Shown: piece after piece, positions 37,909-51,242 of the stretch
Numbering within the stretch: position 1 is the first letter of the stretch
How the letters are laid out: every line of letters begins with the position of its first letter
Assembly (NCBI GenBank): GCA_964234715.1
Contig: OZ174275.1
Length of the DNA: 64,000 nt
DNA from: Podarcis melisellensis
Taxonomy: Eukaryota
Strand: one strand, 5' to 3'
Position numbers and translations under genes: made by a program
The notes under the pieces: model-generated
Seen by the model: only the letters and a program-made list of their open reading frames with translations
What the model was told of the DNA's origin: nothing
Database searches by the model: none

Positions 37909-39629
37909 TAATTGTTGTAAGCTTCCCTGGATCCCTAGAGCTAAGGGCAAGTACTTAATAATAATATAGATGTTTGCTAAAAAGCAGAGTAAAACCAGCA
38001 GCACCAACATCACCAAGAATTAGTCCATCCTCAGGGAGAAATTTCAGTTTTGAAACCCTATGCATATTCACCTATTTATATGGCTGTAGAAACCTTTTTT
38101 ATGTAATGTATAGTCCTGTTTTTTAAAACAACAACAAAGCAAACCACAAATGTAGCATATACAGACCTCTGGGTGAAACAGTCTTTTCCCCTTAATACAA
38201 TAAACGAATAGCTTGGGAACAAAATTTTCAAAAAATATTCTTTTCATAGCCTACATGTACCTCTAATCCATCTCAAAAGGAAACACTCTCAAGTAATAGC
38301 AGTAATGAAAGCCTTTTTTATTTCTGCCGGCACTCAAAGTAAAATGCACAAACACCCATGATTACTAGGGAGGAAGATCATTCCATTTGCAGTACAAAAA
38401 TTATAGGACAGGGCATTAAATATGCATTCACAGAATTGTTCAATTACAGGACTGCCCTGTAAATATGGCCTGAGAGTATCTATTTCAGTTTTACATTTGG
38501 GTTGTAATAATAGAGAATGTCCTGAACTGAACGAACTGAAAAGAGAACAGGTGACCTTTTTGCAAAATAAAGAAGAGCCTTTCAATAAAACATAAGAGTG
38601 CACAAATATTTGCATGCATCTGTGCCCTTTCTCCATTTAATGAAGTGAGTGGAAAGGAGCATGTTCGTAACACAGAAAACTATTGCAAAGGCTGAACCTG
38701 TAAACACAAAACCATAGAAAGCAGAAAATACATTAAACAGAAACCTTTATTTTATTTTATTTTTAAAAAATAACATTTCTTTCTGTAGATACCCAGGAGC
38801 CACTTATAATGTTTAAGTGAAGCAATAGCTGCCCATGCTCTTGTTGCTATTTGGTTCTTTTAGAATTTATAAGGACACAGAGACGGGCACCTAATCAGCA
38901 TTGTGGTTTAGCAACCTATGAAGAGTAAAATAAAACTACTTTTTCATTATATTTAGGGTAACAGTCATTAGGGTATTCAGGACTCATAGCTTAGTAACAT
39001 AGCTCTTGTATTGCATGTATGAAGTCCTTTGTATCCACATTTAAAATTTGGACCAAAGGCTTTCCACCTCTAGCTTTTTATCCAGATGAGCCAACAGATA
39101 ACAGGCTAAGATCATCTACCTCGTTCCACAAAACCAATGACAAACTTTTGCATTCATTCACCAGTCACACTTGTTTCCCACCTGTCCTTCAGAGAGCTAA
39201 AAGCAGCACACATTGGGGTTCATACTTTACTCACACAACAATCCTGTACAGTAGTCTGGCTAAGATTTGAGGCCAAACTAATTTTTATGTCTACACCAAG
39301 TACTATGATGGAAGAAAGATGTCATCTATCTAAATGTAGGGATCAAACAAACAAACAAACCATGTAACATGCAGCCACATCTCTTATTTTTCTTTAGTTG
39401 ACAATAGCTACCCCCCCCAGTTGTTATAGGGATGTCATAGCCTTGAAAATCCACCCCCCATGGCTATGAAGTCCACTGGTGTCTATGATAAGGTTTTTTT
39501 AAACTAAGCCTCATAGATGTGGAACCGGGCTGACATTTTTGTGAGGTCATGGCTCGGATCCTGTGATTCCAACAACAATTCCTCCAAAACCGCAATTAAG
39601 AAAAACAAAAGCAGTAGCTACTATTAAAC

Positions 39630-39702
39630 TAAGTGTAATATGTAGTTTTACCCTTAAATTAAGTGTAATATGTATTAAGTGTAATATGTAGTTTTACCCT
39701 TA
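39630..39702. repeat. Complex local duplication
   Basis: taagtgtaatatgta three times; the first and third are followed by gttttaccctta. Confidence 0.9.
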
Positions 39703-40209
39703 GTTTTTGTTTTACTTAAAGTGGTGTCTGTACTGTTCATTGCCATACCTAAAAATGGTTATTAAATCAATAACATATTAATCAAATGGTAGTGCCTAGA
39801 ATCACCTTCCATATTTGGTGGCAGCTTTAGTGGGATGAAAGAGGATATTTTATAAATGGTGGCAGCAAGTCAGGATAATAAGAGATAGTAATAAGTATAC
39901 ACCTTCCCCATCAACAGATAAGATGAAAGACAAACTCTTCTTCACAGCATCTATGGCTGAAAAGGGAATAATAATAATAATAATAATACAGTCACATGCC
40001 CACAATTGTGATAGGAGATGTATGAATAGGCCATGAAAGTCTGCTTTGTATTATAGATTCCTTCTTGGCCTTAAACAAAGAGAATGACCATTGTTTGTTT
40101 CAAAGGAATATTATTTTGATCATGGGGCGGCGGGGGGGGGGGGAGGAGGGAGGCAGGGAATAAAAACCCAAGGGAAGCATCCTGGTCTCCTCACCACAGG
40201 AGTGTAGAA

Positions 40210-40313
40210 CAGGGAAAACCCATTCTTCAGTGCTGAATTGGAGCAAAGGTAAATGGGGTTTTCCACAGATTCACATTGGCTTCAATTTAGTGCTAAAGAA
40301 TGGGTTTTCCCTG
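40210..40313. repeat. Imperfect inverted repeat (probable old MITE core)
   Basis: cagggaaaacccattctt / aagaatgggttttccctg perfect 18 bp, extending to ~35 bp with mismatches. Confidence 0.75.
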
Positions 40314-40939
40314 AGAAAGTGATGGGACAAGTGGAAAACCACTTGGACGTGTACTTTCTAGGCATGGGAGAAACCCAGATAATTTGGATCCATTAAACTA
40401 AAAAAAATTATATAGCTACTGAATTCAATGGGAACTAAATCCTTTTAAATCCAAGGCTTTCAACTTAAGCAGGTGATATATTGGGCTGCTTGTTAGTAGT
40501 GACTAGAATCTGTCACGCAAGGTTCATTCCCCCTCATATCCTCTCATAAGGGTCATGTGTTGCAGATGTTTTGTTTGCTTGTTTGTTTCCTTTGGTGCAA
40601 AGGGATTTTCAGGCTGTTAAGAATTTATATTAGCAAAAGAAAGGTCAAAGAAGGGCACTTTGTACTTGGAACAGAAGGGAACAATGCTCAAGATGGTTTT
40701 TCATTTTCACAGAAGTGTGTATGAACTCTTGAACTGGCTACTGAAACAGCTCCTGCCTCTCTCTTTTTCATGCAGCCAATTTACCACTGGAAAGCATTTG
40801 TTCCATTGTATTCAAGAATCAACAGTATCCCAAGGTTTAAGGAGGGTGTTTAATTTATATATGGGGAGGAATTCAACATCACACTAAGGCGATTGTTCTG
40901 TCAGGTCAAGCATTTCAGCATTAGAAGACAGCTACTTCA

Positions 40940-42010
40940 GTGTAAGAAGAATCTGCTGGATCAGGCCAATTCCTCATCTAGTCCAACATCCTGTTCTCAT
41001 AGTGGCCAACCAGATGCCTACAGGGAAACCCACAAGCAAGAGCTGTGGGCAAGAGGACCCCCAAGGTTGTTTCCAGCAACTAGTATTCAGAAGCACTTCC
41101 CCCTTCAACTGTGGAGGTAAAGCATAGCCATCTCTAACTTTGGTAACTTTTACCAACTTTAAGAGGATTGGACAAATTGATGGAGGATAATTTGTCCAAT
41201 CCTTTTAAAGTTGGTGGCCATCAGTGTCTCCTGTGGGCATGAGCTTCTTAGCTTTACTATGTGCTGCATGAAGAAGTACTTTTCTTCTATATGTCCTGAA
41301 TCTTCCAACATTCAGCTTCATTCCATGAATTCTAGTGTTGTGAGAGACATAGAGACTTTTCTCTATCCACTCTTCCCTTGCCACACAAAATTTTTATAAA
41401 CTTCTTGTTAGAATTCCTGCTCCATGATTGCAGCCATGCGATTGTTGTCTATCACATGACGGTATATGTTTGACTCCACAGAGTGGGAAGTGACGGAGAC
41501 AGGATGTTTGTGTTACTGTGTTCCGTGAAGTGGGACTATTGTCCTTTGTTCTTTTTCTCTTTGCTGTCTGATGCTAGAGAGAGAGGGAGCCATGTTGCGG
41601 TGCTCCGTGTGTGCTTATATGTAAATAAAGTAGATTAGCCAAAATGCTGAGTTGCTGAGGTCTGTCACGCATGATGCGCAAACTCTGCGGATCCCTAAGT
41701 GTGCCTGTGTCAGTTGGCATCGGTCGCTGTGATGTTCGAGCTGAAGAAAGCTTATGAAGCTCCTGATCAACCAGGAGGGAGGGAACATGCCAGTCGGGCA
41801 TGTGTCTCTGCCAGGGTCCTACTTGAGTGTAGGCTGAACTCCTCACACTTCTGTCATGTCGCTTCTTACCTCTCCTATTCTCTAAACTAAAAAAAGTTCA
41901 AACCCTGCAATGGTTCCTCATAGGTGAGTCGCTCCACACGTTTGAATATTTTGATTGCCCTTATCCTAACCTTTTATACCATTGCAATATTCTTTTTGAG
42001 ATGAGGCAAC
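40940..42010 (-). mobile_element. CR1-like LINE 3' fragment interrupted by a solo LTR
   Basis: taagaagaatctgctggatcaggcc...tctagtccaacatcctgtt tail. CR1-type sequence resumes after 41852. Similar to 63070-63440. Confidence 0.75.
41406..41847 (+). mobile_element. Solo LTR, 442 bp
   Basis: TGTTAG...CTCACA termini, perfect 5-bp TSD cttct (41401-41405 / 41848-41852), internal AATAAA at 41624-41629. Confidence 0.88.
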
Positions 42011-45000
42011 TTGAATGATTCTCCCCTCCCCCTGCATGCAGTTCTTGGGGGTGCTTTCAACCCCATTCCCCAAGCAAATTCTAGGGGGCATGAGGGATGT
42101 GTGGTGAGAGGGGGAAAGCCCCATTGATTGAGTGGAAGTCATTATGTAGGACTTCTGCTGACAGGACTCATTAGTCCACCGGCACCTGAGTATCATGAAA
42201 CTGACTGATATACTGAGATAAGTTCAGATAAACAACAGATGGAACATGATTAAGTTTGTGCTCCAGAGGAAGCACCCTTGCAAGACTGTAGATTCCTCTA
42301 AAGCACTTACAAAACCACGGCAAAACTGAAACTTGTGCTTCCCATTTACGTTATTATTTTCCAAAACAGAATTGCTGCCTCTGGTCGGAAGATGTGCAAG
42401 CTTGCATTTCTACGTTTTGTTCCTGTGCAAACATTTCAACAGCTGTCTTTTCACACTATAATTTCTTAACACACCTGATCACTACTTGAGATTCCCACAA
42501 AACACTGGAGAAAGGAGGTCTGTAATTCAGTATTGTAAAATATAGAGTATCTGCAAGAAAAATACAAATTCTGCTATTTGGTTATAGTACACAATTAGGC
42601 AAGTGTATGCAAAATACCCAACCTTTCCACCTTCAGCCAACAAACAATATTTCTTAAGAGGTGTTGAAGAAAATGAAACCTTTTCAAGTTTGGTCTTAAG
42701 GTAAACTCTATATAATAATTTTAACTTTCAGTTACTAGTCGGGAAACAACAAACCCTTCAGCCCTTCTGAGGTATTCCAGACCCTAATTATGCTGCAAAC
42801 TAGTTAATGAGCTATGGGGTGTATTTGAATAATGCAAAATCACAAAAATAATCTGTCTTGACTAGGGCGAATGTCAGCTCACTTAAGAGTAAACACAAAG
42901 ATGCAGTGTGATTACGTTTTATGTGCTGACAGATTTGAACTTCCACAGATCTTTTTATAACCCTCTCATGTGACACAGTACAAATGCACTCACATTATGT
43001 TATATCTTTCAAAACAATGGAAGGCTTCCACAAAATAACTTCCGAAAAGCACTTCTTCCGTTTTGAGAACGGAGACCACCCAGTCAAAACGCAGCAGAGA
43101 AGTGAAAGGGGGAAAAGGAATAGCAAGTTGCAGGCGACTGTGGACCCTGTGGCTTAGCTGGGTCCAAGACAAAGGCACGCCTGTGATGCTGCTGTGAGAG
43201 GGACATGAAGCCCTCTCCTTGCATAGCTCTCAGTAATTTGTACATGATGCAGGAGTAAACCTGTGTGACAATAGGAAGCATACTGACAATAAAATTAATA
43301 TATATGCCGAGTAAATGTTGTTACGGGAAGGGAAATGTAGCTTTCTGCAATCTATTTGAAGGAGTCAATTGGTGTTCCAGTCTAGATTATCCACATCTGT
43401 GGATTCCACATCTAGATTATCGAAAAGTGTTATGATGTTGTGTCTTATCAAATGTCCCATGGGTTCTTTTTATTGTTAAAAAAAACAAAACTTAATTTAT
43501 TCATTTTTCCCTGATGGGACTTAAGGCAGCATAGAGAGAAAAACTAATCACTAAAAACACAGAAAAAAAACATCATTTAAAAACAATTGAGCATTGATAC
43601 AATTAAAACAAATAGAAGCAGGTATCTGTGTGTACCTGGATGATGAATCGTGTGTATGGTACCTAGTTCCTGAGCCCTGCTGCACATACTAATCAGCCAA
43701 TGACTGTTTAGAAATGTTTTTCTACCCCTCTGACAGTGCACCCCTATGTTTGGGTGGGTACTGAAACTCAACAATAGCTGCTGTGCCCCCTGCTCCACTT
43801 CATCTGCTTCTTCTGCCCCTCTGCTGTTCACTGGCATTTTCAAAACTGTTGCAGCATTTTCAAAGAAGAGGGATCAGTGAGCTACAACAGTATGTGCGAG
43901 CCCAGCAAGAAGATTAGACCTATCTGCACTGGTCTCGTGAATCAAATTGCATTGCCCATTTGAGGAGACCTGTGGTTGCTTGAGTTAAAGGTAGCATAAA
44001 TTGCATTAACTCACATTTGCTGCTGCTATTCTAATGATAACCAGAGAAAAGATTGAACGTGCCACTTCCTACTTGCTGTATTTACAGTTGTAAGTATTCA
44101 GTTATAATTATTCTCTATCTGCAAAACTGTTCTACCAATTTTGGTAGCAAAAATTGTCAGCAAGATCTTTAATCTTCTGCTGTAAAAGTGGGTGGGAGGA
44201 AAAAGGCCTAGGGGGTGGAGGAGAGAAGCTTTTTACAAAAATGACTTCAAAACAGTATGAAAAATAAGTGCCTTGGGGCAACTCTATTAATGATTAAAAT
44301 AAATGTACAATTTAAAATTTAAATGTAACTGTCAAAGTATTTTGTTTTAATTATGTCTGTTAGGAATGTGCTTCCCTCTCACTCCAAACTCTAAAAATAG
44401 CTACAGCCTTTTGCAAAAGGCTCTAAAAATTCATCTCTGGAATAAGCTGATTGCAGTCAATGAAATGGCAACAAAGATGCTATTGTCTCGATGGTTGGAT
44501 TTTGATAATTGGAAACTATGGTTTCCCACTACGAGAATTCGCTGCAAGCTTTGGGCTTGTGTGGTCCCCCTTCCTTCCCCTTTCACAATCCAGAAGAAGA
44601 TAGCAAAAGCTTCCACTTTCTATTTTAAACAAACCACAGTTCCTAGTGGCACCCAGACTTGGTAATGTTGGAAAGTTATAGTCTCAATTTGTACTGACTT
44701 TTAAAGCCATGATATGCCATGCACTCATACACATCTTCCACTTTGTTCCTCTTTTTATTTATTTGGGGAAACAGACCAGAAAATCACAGATAGCCACTAC
44801 TGGGGGGAAAACCTGCTATGGTTAATGGCTTCCAAACAGCCCAGATCCACAAGCCGAAGTTCATTTCCAAATTCTGGCTTGATTGAAAGTTTATAACTTG
44901 AACACACTTTACAGCGCTATTAGAACCCAACATTTCTATATTACAATTTCAAAGTTTATGGACAACTGAATCGGAGTTTATATTTTACAGAACCTGACTT

Positions 45001-45079
45001 ATGGGCCATTTTATTTGCATATGGGTACAGTATGAAGTCTAGAGGCTCACATTATTGTGGATGTATCCTTTCTAAGATA

Positions 45080-45436
45080 GAACGCGGGTGGCGCTGTGGG
45101 TAAAAGCCTCAGTGCCTAGGGCTTGCTGATTGAAAGGTCGGCAGTTCGAATCCCCGCGGCGGGGTGCGCTCCCGTTGCTCGGTCCCAGTGCCTGCCAACC
45201 TAGCAGTTCGAAAGCACCCCCGGGTGCAAGTAGATAAATAGGGACCGCTTACTGGTGGGAAGGTAAACGCCGTTTCCGTGTGCTGCGCTGGCTCGTCAGA
45301 TGCAGCTTTGTCATGCTGGCCACGTAACCCGGAAGTGTCTCCGGACAGCGCTGGCCCCTGGCCTCTTAAGTGAGATGGGCGCACAACCCTAGAGTCTGTC
45401 AAGACTGGCCCGTACGGGCAGGGGTACCTTTACCTT
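45080..45436 (+). mobile_element. Sauria SINE, second subfamily
   Basis: Same head and core as the other copies but a distinct 3' half. (acctt)n tail. Perfect 16-bp TSD tatcctttctaagata. Confidence 0.95.
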
Positions 45437-45502
45437 TATCCTTTCTAAGATAAAGTACAGTACACACAACACAAACACAACATGTGCGCTAGCATTTACA
45501 GC

Positions 45503-45559
45503 GCTCTCTCTCGCTCTCGCTCTCTCTCTATATATATACAGTGTGTATGTGTGTGTGTG
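45503..45559. repeat. Compound (CT)n(AT)n(GT)n microsatellite
   Basis: Seen directly in the sequence. Confidence 0.85.
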
Positions 45560-47059
45560 AAGCAATGCTTCTCCATCAGCATAGTAGCAAAGAAGAAATT
45601 AACAGAAGGGGCTGGGCAATGAAGATGTTTAAGATGAAAAAGAAACAACTGGGAAGTTTATAAAGAACAGTTCTGGGCTGCAAAAACACTGAGTTAAGGG
45701 GAGGGTTTGTATGGTAATTAGGAAAAAAAATCGGTGTAAATGTGGGTCATTCATTTCTTTTGGTTTCAATATTGCTAAATAAAGAGGTCAGCTCACATGA
45801 GAATAGGTTTATACAAAATCTAATTTTAAGCCCACCTCTCTTTGTTCTGTTGCCTGAAAGACGGCCCCTTTAACCTTAGTTTCTAGGAGAAGAGAAAAGC
45901 ACATACTTGACAGAAACTAGTATGAGACCACTGTTAAAACAGAGCTTGAACTGAAACATTAACTTTACTGATTAAGAATCGCTTATTAAGGGGGTTTTTT
46001 GGGGGGGATGGGGAAGATTCCATGACTTTAATATACAACAGTTTAATATACACCCGCACTTTCATTGGTGGTTAAACACAAAGAGAGAGAAAATCGAATG
46101 ACACATCAAATATAGAAAATTGAATTTCTGATTTTTATGTAATAGCATCCAGAGAGAAAAGCTGTGATTAAATAATACTGTTTGGTATTTATTTCTTGAT
46201 TTTCTACAATATTTATAATCAAAGCAGCTCTCAAATAAATAATTATAGTAAGTAAGCACTTTAAGTACTTACTTAAATAAGTATAGAAATAGGCATGTTA
46301 AAACACAGTACACATTTTTTGAAACTAGAACAAAGCAGCAGAAAATGATCTGGAATGATTTTCCTTTCTCAGATTGTTAAAGGCCAGAAAAATCCGAAAC
46401 CCTAGGACTGGGCTGGCAAGGCCAAAAGGTGAGAGAAGGCTTTTTACTCCCTCCACCTTTTTTTAAAAAAACCCACCACACATAGTTTGTTCCAATGAGA
46501 GAGAAAAATAACTATTTGAGGTCCAGGGTTGGCATAGTTCCCTCTCCCGTTGGTGTGTGCAGGGAATGAGGGGCATTTGTATTTATATACCAAGTTCTTA
46601 CAAAACATCAGGGCAATTTACAGCAGTAGCAACAACAAAAGAATACAAAATGCCCATTAAATACAAAACGCTGGTTCTTCAAGAAAAATCCTAGCCCTTA
46701 AGATCAAAAACCTCTTGAGATCTACCCTAGAACCTGTTTGCCTTTACTTACAACCCCACCAAGCACTGCTATGATAGCAAAGCTTTCCAATGTTGGTCTA
46801 GTGAGGACCTTTGCAAGAGAGGACCTTTCCTCTCCACAGTGGACCTCTGCCTCTGTCTGCAGAAGTGGAGATCTGCAGTACCCTATGGCCCCCCAGAGAC
46901 CACAGAATGACACCCACCTTCTTTTTTCTTCTTCACCTCTAATTAACCATTTGTTAATCAAGTTATATATAAAAAAATCCAGTTGTAGTTTGTCAACATT
47001 AAAATGCTGTGTGTTTATAATTGCTGTAACTATACCTGCATGCTTTTAAATAATAAATA

Positions 47060-47294
47060 CAGCTGTACCTCAGATGTTGAACAGAATCCATTCTGGAAGT
47101 CCATTCGACTTCCAAAGCGCGGCTTCTGATTGGCTGGAGGAAGTTCCTGCAGCCAATTGGAAGCCATGGAAGCTGCGCCAGATGTTCAACTTCCGAAAGA
47201 ACATTTGAAAACTGGAACAATCACTTCCGGTTTTCGATCGTTCGGGAGCCGAAACGCTGGACTCCCAAGGCATTCGGGAGCCAAGGTACGACTG
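47060..47294. mobile_element. Tigger/pogo-like MITE
   Basis: TA|cagctgtacctc...caaggtacgactg|TA. Homologous to the 22795 and 53688 copies. Confidence 0.85.
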
Positions 47295-48844
47295 TAAATC
47301 AAATTCAAAAATTGGCATCGAAATCAGAAGCAGCTATAATTACTTACGGTACAATACGGGTTCCCCACACCCCACTTTTATTCTGCCAAATATCACAAAA
47401 TAGAACTAAGCATGTTCTGCTTAGTGCTAATAGGTAGTGTTGACTTACATGGCAAATGATTACCAAACTTAATCGATATACAAGCTGTCCACAGTACTGT
47501 AATTCACCACACAATCGCCACATTTTTAATGCCAATTTTTCTTTCCCAAAAAGGGGTGTGTGAACATTATGCAGTATGCTATGGTAAGGTGGCTGGAAGC
47601 AAGCTTCACCAATTATCCTTATTTCAACCCTTGTATGGCATAAAATTTACACATTTGTATCTTAAAATGGTTACATGGGCTAAAAAATGAAGGTCTGTGG
47701 GCTTGCCATAACAAAATTGAGACTGAATTTTTTTACAGACATCATCTCTTGAGCTACCAACGCTACCTTTCTGTTATAGAGTGACATTTAACTACAGGGA
47801 TATTTTAAAACAGTGCCTATGGACGACCGCATACCCATAGAGTTGCATGCTATATTTTTTTCAATTTTTAAAAAATGGAAGCTAAAAGGCCATTTTATCT
47901 GGTAATGTAAAAAGGAAATACATTTGTATTGTGAGCTCATGACAGTACAAGCAAAGAATATTTTTTATGAAAGAGCACAGCCATGCTGGATATTTGTTTT
48001 TCTTTAATAGCTATGTTTTGTTTTTAAGTTCTTGAACCATGTTGTAAAGCTTTGTAGTTCAAAACTCGACAGCTGTGGAGTATAGATTTTATACTCCAGG
48101 TTCCCGGCCCCAGACAGTCTGATCTGATAAAACTCTAGAAACTTACAGTAGCCCATTATATGGACAAACTATTCATTTTATATTCACCTCCTTGTCATGT
48201 CAGTGCAGAGGTCATCTAAAGAGAGGAGCTAATTAATCAAGCTGTCAGAGCCAATGAGGAGGAGCATGTTAATAGGACTTTTATTTCACCCAGGAAAGCA
48301 GCAGTGTGACAGGAACCAGGAAATATAGCCTTGGTGTTGCTGTTTATTAGCAATGCTGAAATCAGTAGTAATAGGAGCCAAGCAGCTTATACTTGACAAA
48401 GTGCTGGGTGTCAGGAGCCGGCAGCAACTTGAAATTAGACTGACAAGAAGCAAGATTCTTATAATATAGATAGCTGATAAATAGAAGTCAAGGTCTAAAT
48501 ATGCATCCAGATCAAAAGCATATTGCAAGCCACAGCTGCTATAAAGGCAAGAAGAGAAAAATAACACAAGGCAAGTAAATTTCCCTTCCCAAACACACCT
48601 CCAATTTTTCTTCTTCTAGGTTGCAATCATTTATTTATTTTTTAAAACCATCCTTTCCAGGGTTGGAGATCTGGAGCTCAGTTGTGCGGATCCTGACCTC
48701 CTGGGTGTATGTGGGTCACCTTTGTGGAGCACAAAGTTTGGGAATAAAGCACAGGGCATTGCTGCACCTCATAGTACTGGCTGAAGGGGCTAAAGCAGGC
48801 TGTGTGGCAGAGAGATAGGAAGCAGCTAGAATACATATTCAAAG

Positions 48845-48908
48845 GTGGGGGGGGGAGAGAGAGAGGGGGGGGGAGAGGGAGAGGGAGAGGGAGAGGGAGA
48901 GAGAGAGA
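48845..48908. repeat. GA-rich polypurine microsatellite
   Basis: G runs, (GA)n and (GGGAGA)n. Confidence 0.9.
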
Positions 48909-49629
48909 TATCTGGGACTGAGTTATATCTACCTGCCTTGCCCCATGTCTCAGGTCCAGAAGCTTTCAATAGGAAGCTGATTCTGGAAGGTACTGCAGGA
49001 GAAAAGAGACATCCTGAATGCCATCAAACAGATGGCAAAAGTGTCACCCTATTTAGTCATGAATGCCCCTGTGTGGTGGTGGCAGGGTTGGCAACATCAC
49101 CCCAAGTGACAGAATGGAGAAGGCAGATAACCTGTGTGGGAAACAGGTTGCTAAAATTGTTGGGCAAAGTGGGGCATAGCCCTCCCAAGATTCTGAGCCA
49201 CAGACCAGTCTTTCTCCTGACACCCAGGGCCGCCATTACTACATTTTCCACCGAAAGCCTTCCTATATGCTTCTGCCTATCCCCTTTGCTTTGCCAGCAG
49301 GTCCCATGCCTGTCTTCAGCATCTTTCTCCCACAGAAATGCCTTCAGTAGGGCAGTGGATTATTTTGCTTACACCTTTCTCCTTTTTTATCTGCAGGAGT
49401 CAAGAGGGGTGGAGAGAAGATAGGGTTTGTAACCAGAGTGGGGTGGGGGACAGGACACTGGTACGGTCGTCCCCCCCCCCCCCAGTCAATCAAACCTCCC
49501 TAAGCCATTCAGAAAAAATCATTATTCCTGTGGTGTCATCTACAGAGTGTGCCAGGGACAGAAAAAAAGAGATTGATGCCTCCTCACATTTCTAGTTGGT
49601 GGCATATAAACTAAGTCTAATCTAATATA

Positions 49630-49978
49630 GAGACATGGGTGGCACTGTGGTCTTAACCACTGAGCCTCTTGGGCTTGCCGATCAGAAGGTCGGCGGTTCG
49701 AATCCCCACGACAGGGTGAGCTCCCGTTGCTCAGTCCCTGCTCCTGCCAACCTAGCAGTTCGAAAGCACGTCAATGTGCAAGTAGATAAATAGGTACCGC
49801 TCCGGCAGGAAGGTAAACGGCATTTCCGTGCGCTGCTCTGGTTCGCCAGAAGCGGATTAGTCATGCTGGTCACATGACTCGGAAGCTGTACACCGGCTCC
49901 CTCGGCCAATAAAGTGAGATGAGCGCCACAACCCCAGAGTCATCCGTGACTGGACCTAACGGTCAGGGGTCCCTTTAC
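49630..49978 (+). mobile_element. Sauria SINE, full length
   Basis: High similarity to 37560-37908. TSD ctaatcta(a)tata, with the right copy split by a DNA transposon. Confidence 0.95.
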
Positions 49979-49986
49979 CTAATCTA

Positions 49987-51242
49987 CAGTGGTGCCTTGC
50001 AAGACGAAATTAATTCGTTCCGCAAGTCTCTTCGTCTTGCGAGTTTTTCGTCTTGCGATGCACAGTTTTCCATAGGAATGCATTGAGAATCAATTAATGC
50101 GTTCCTATGGAAACCGCCTTCCCCCGACCTCTTCTGGCAGGCGGCATTTTAAAATCGCCCGGGACAGCGGAGGACTTCTCCGCTGTCCGGGGCGATTTAA
50201 AAGCCCCTGGGAAGGCAGGCAGGGGGGACAAAGAAGAGGTCCAGGACAGGCTTCGCGGACCTCTCCGCAAGCAGCGGGAGCGCTCCTTGCGGAGAGTTGC
50301 CAGCGCGCCCAGGCTTCGCGGCCCCGCCGCCGGGCTTCGGGACATCGTTCTGAAGCCGGGCGGCGGGGGGAGGCTTTCTCGCCCCGCCGCCCGGCATCGG
50401 GACGATGCCCCGAAGCCGGGTGGCGGGGGGAGGCGTTCCTGCCCCGCCGCCCGGCATCAGGACGATGCCCCGAAGCCGGGCGGCGGGGGGAGGCGTTCCT
50501 GCCCCGCCGCCTGGCATCGGGATGATGCCCTGAAGCCGGGCGGCGGGGGAAGGCTTTCCCGCCCTGCCCCCCAGCTTCGGGACATCGTTCCGACGCCGGG
50601 CGGCGGGGGGAGGCTTCAAAAGCCGTCCGGGGGCTTTTAAATCGCCCCGGACAGTCCCGGGGCGATTTAAAAGCCCCCGGTTAGGCAGGCAGGGGGGGGC
50701 AAAGACTTTTGCCCCCCGCCCACCTTGGGAAGAGGTCCTGGACCTCTTCCCAAGGCGCTGCCTTTTCCCAAGGCGCTGCCTCTTCCCAAGGCGCTGCCTT
50801 TTCCGCTCTCCCGGAAAGGCAGGCAGGGGGGAGCAAAGACTTTTGCCCCCCGCCCGCCTTGGGAAGAGGTCCAGGACCTCTTCCCAAGGCGGGCGGGGGG
50901 CAAAAGTCTTTGCCCCCCCTGCCTGCCTTCAAAAGCCGTCCGGGATAGCGGGAAGCGCTTCCCTGCTATCCCGGACCGCTTTTAAAATGCTGGCGGTGGG
51001 GAGCAAAGCCTTTCGCCCTGCCGGCCTTCCTGGACCTCTTCTGAAGTCCGGAGGGGGAAAAAAGGCTTTGCTCCCCACCGCCAGCATTTAAAAAAAGGTC
51101 CCCGAGATTTCCCTATGGGCTTTCGTCTTGCGATGCAAGCCCATAGGGAAAATCGTCTAGCGAAGCGTCGCAAAAACCGAAAAACCCTTTCGTCTTGCGG
51201 GTTTTTCGTCTTGCGAGGCATTCGTCTTGCGGGGCACCACTG
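49987..51242. mobile_element. Tigger/pogo-like non-autonomous transposon with internal GC-rich minisatellites
   Basis: TA|cagtggtgccttgcaagacgaa...ttcgtcttgcggggcaccactg|TA. Same family as 31240-32136, opposite orientation. Confidence 0.93.
50320..50615. repeat. 60-bp GC-rich minisatellite, ~5 units, each self-complementary
   Basis: Rows 50341-50581 align at period 60. Each unit holds ccccgccgcccggc and gccgggcggcgggg. Confidence 0.92.

Noticed and set aside
48845-49423. 192-aa ORF starting GGGEREGG
   Set aside because: Begins in a GA microsatellite, has no ATG start or known motif, and is antisense within an intron.
50094-51221. Many overlapping Pro/Ala/Gly/Arg-rich ORFs, and CRISPR-like periodicity
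   Set aside because: By-product of GC-rich minisatellites in a MITE. No transposase motifs, no unique spacers, eukaryotic context.
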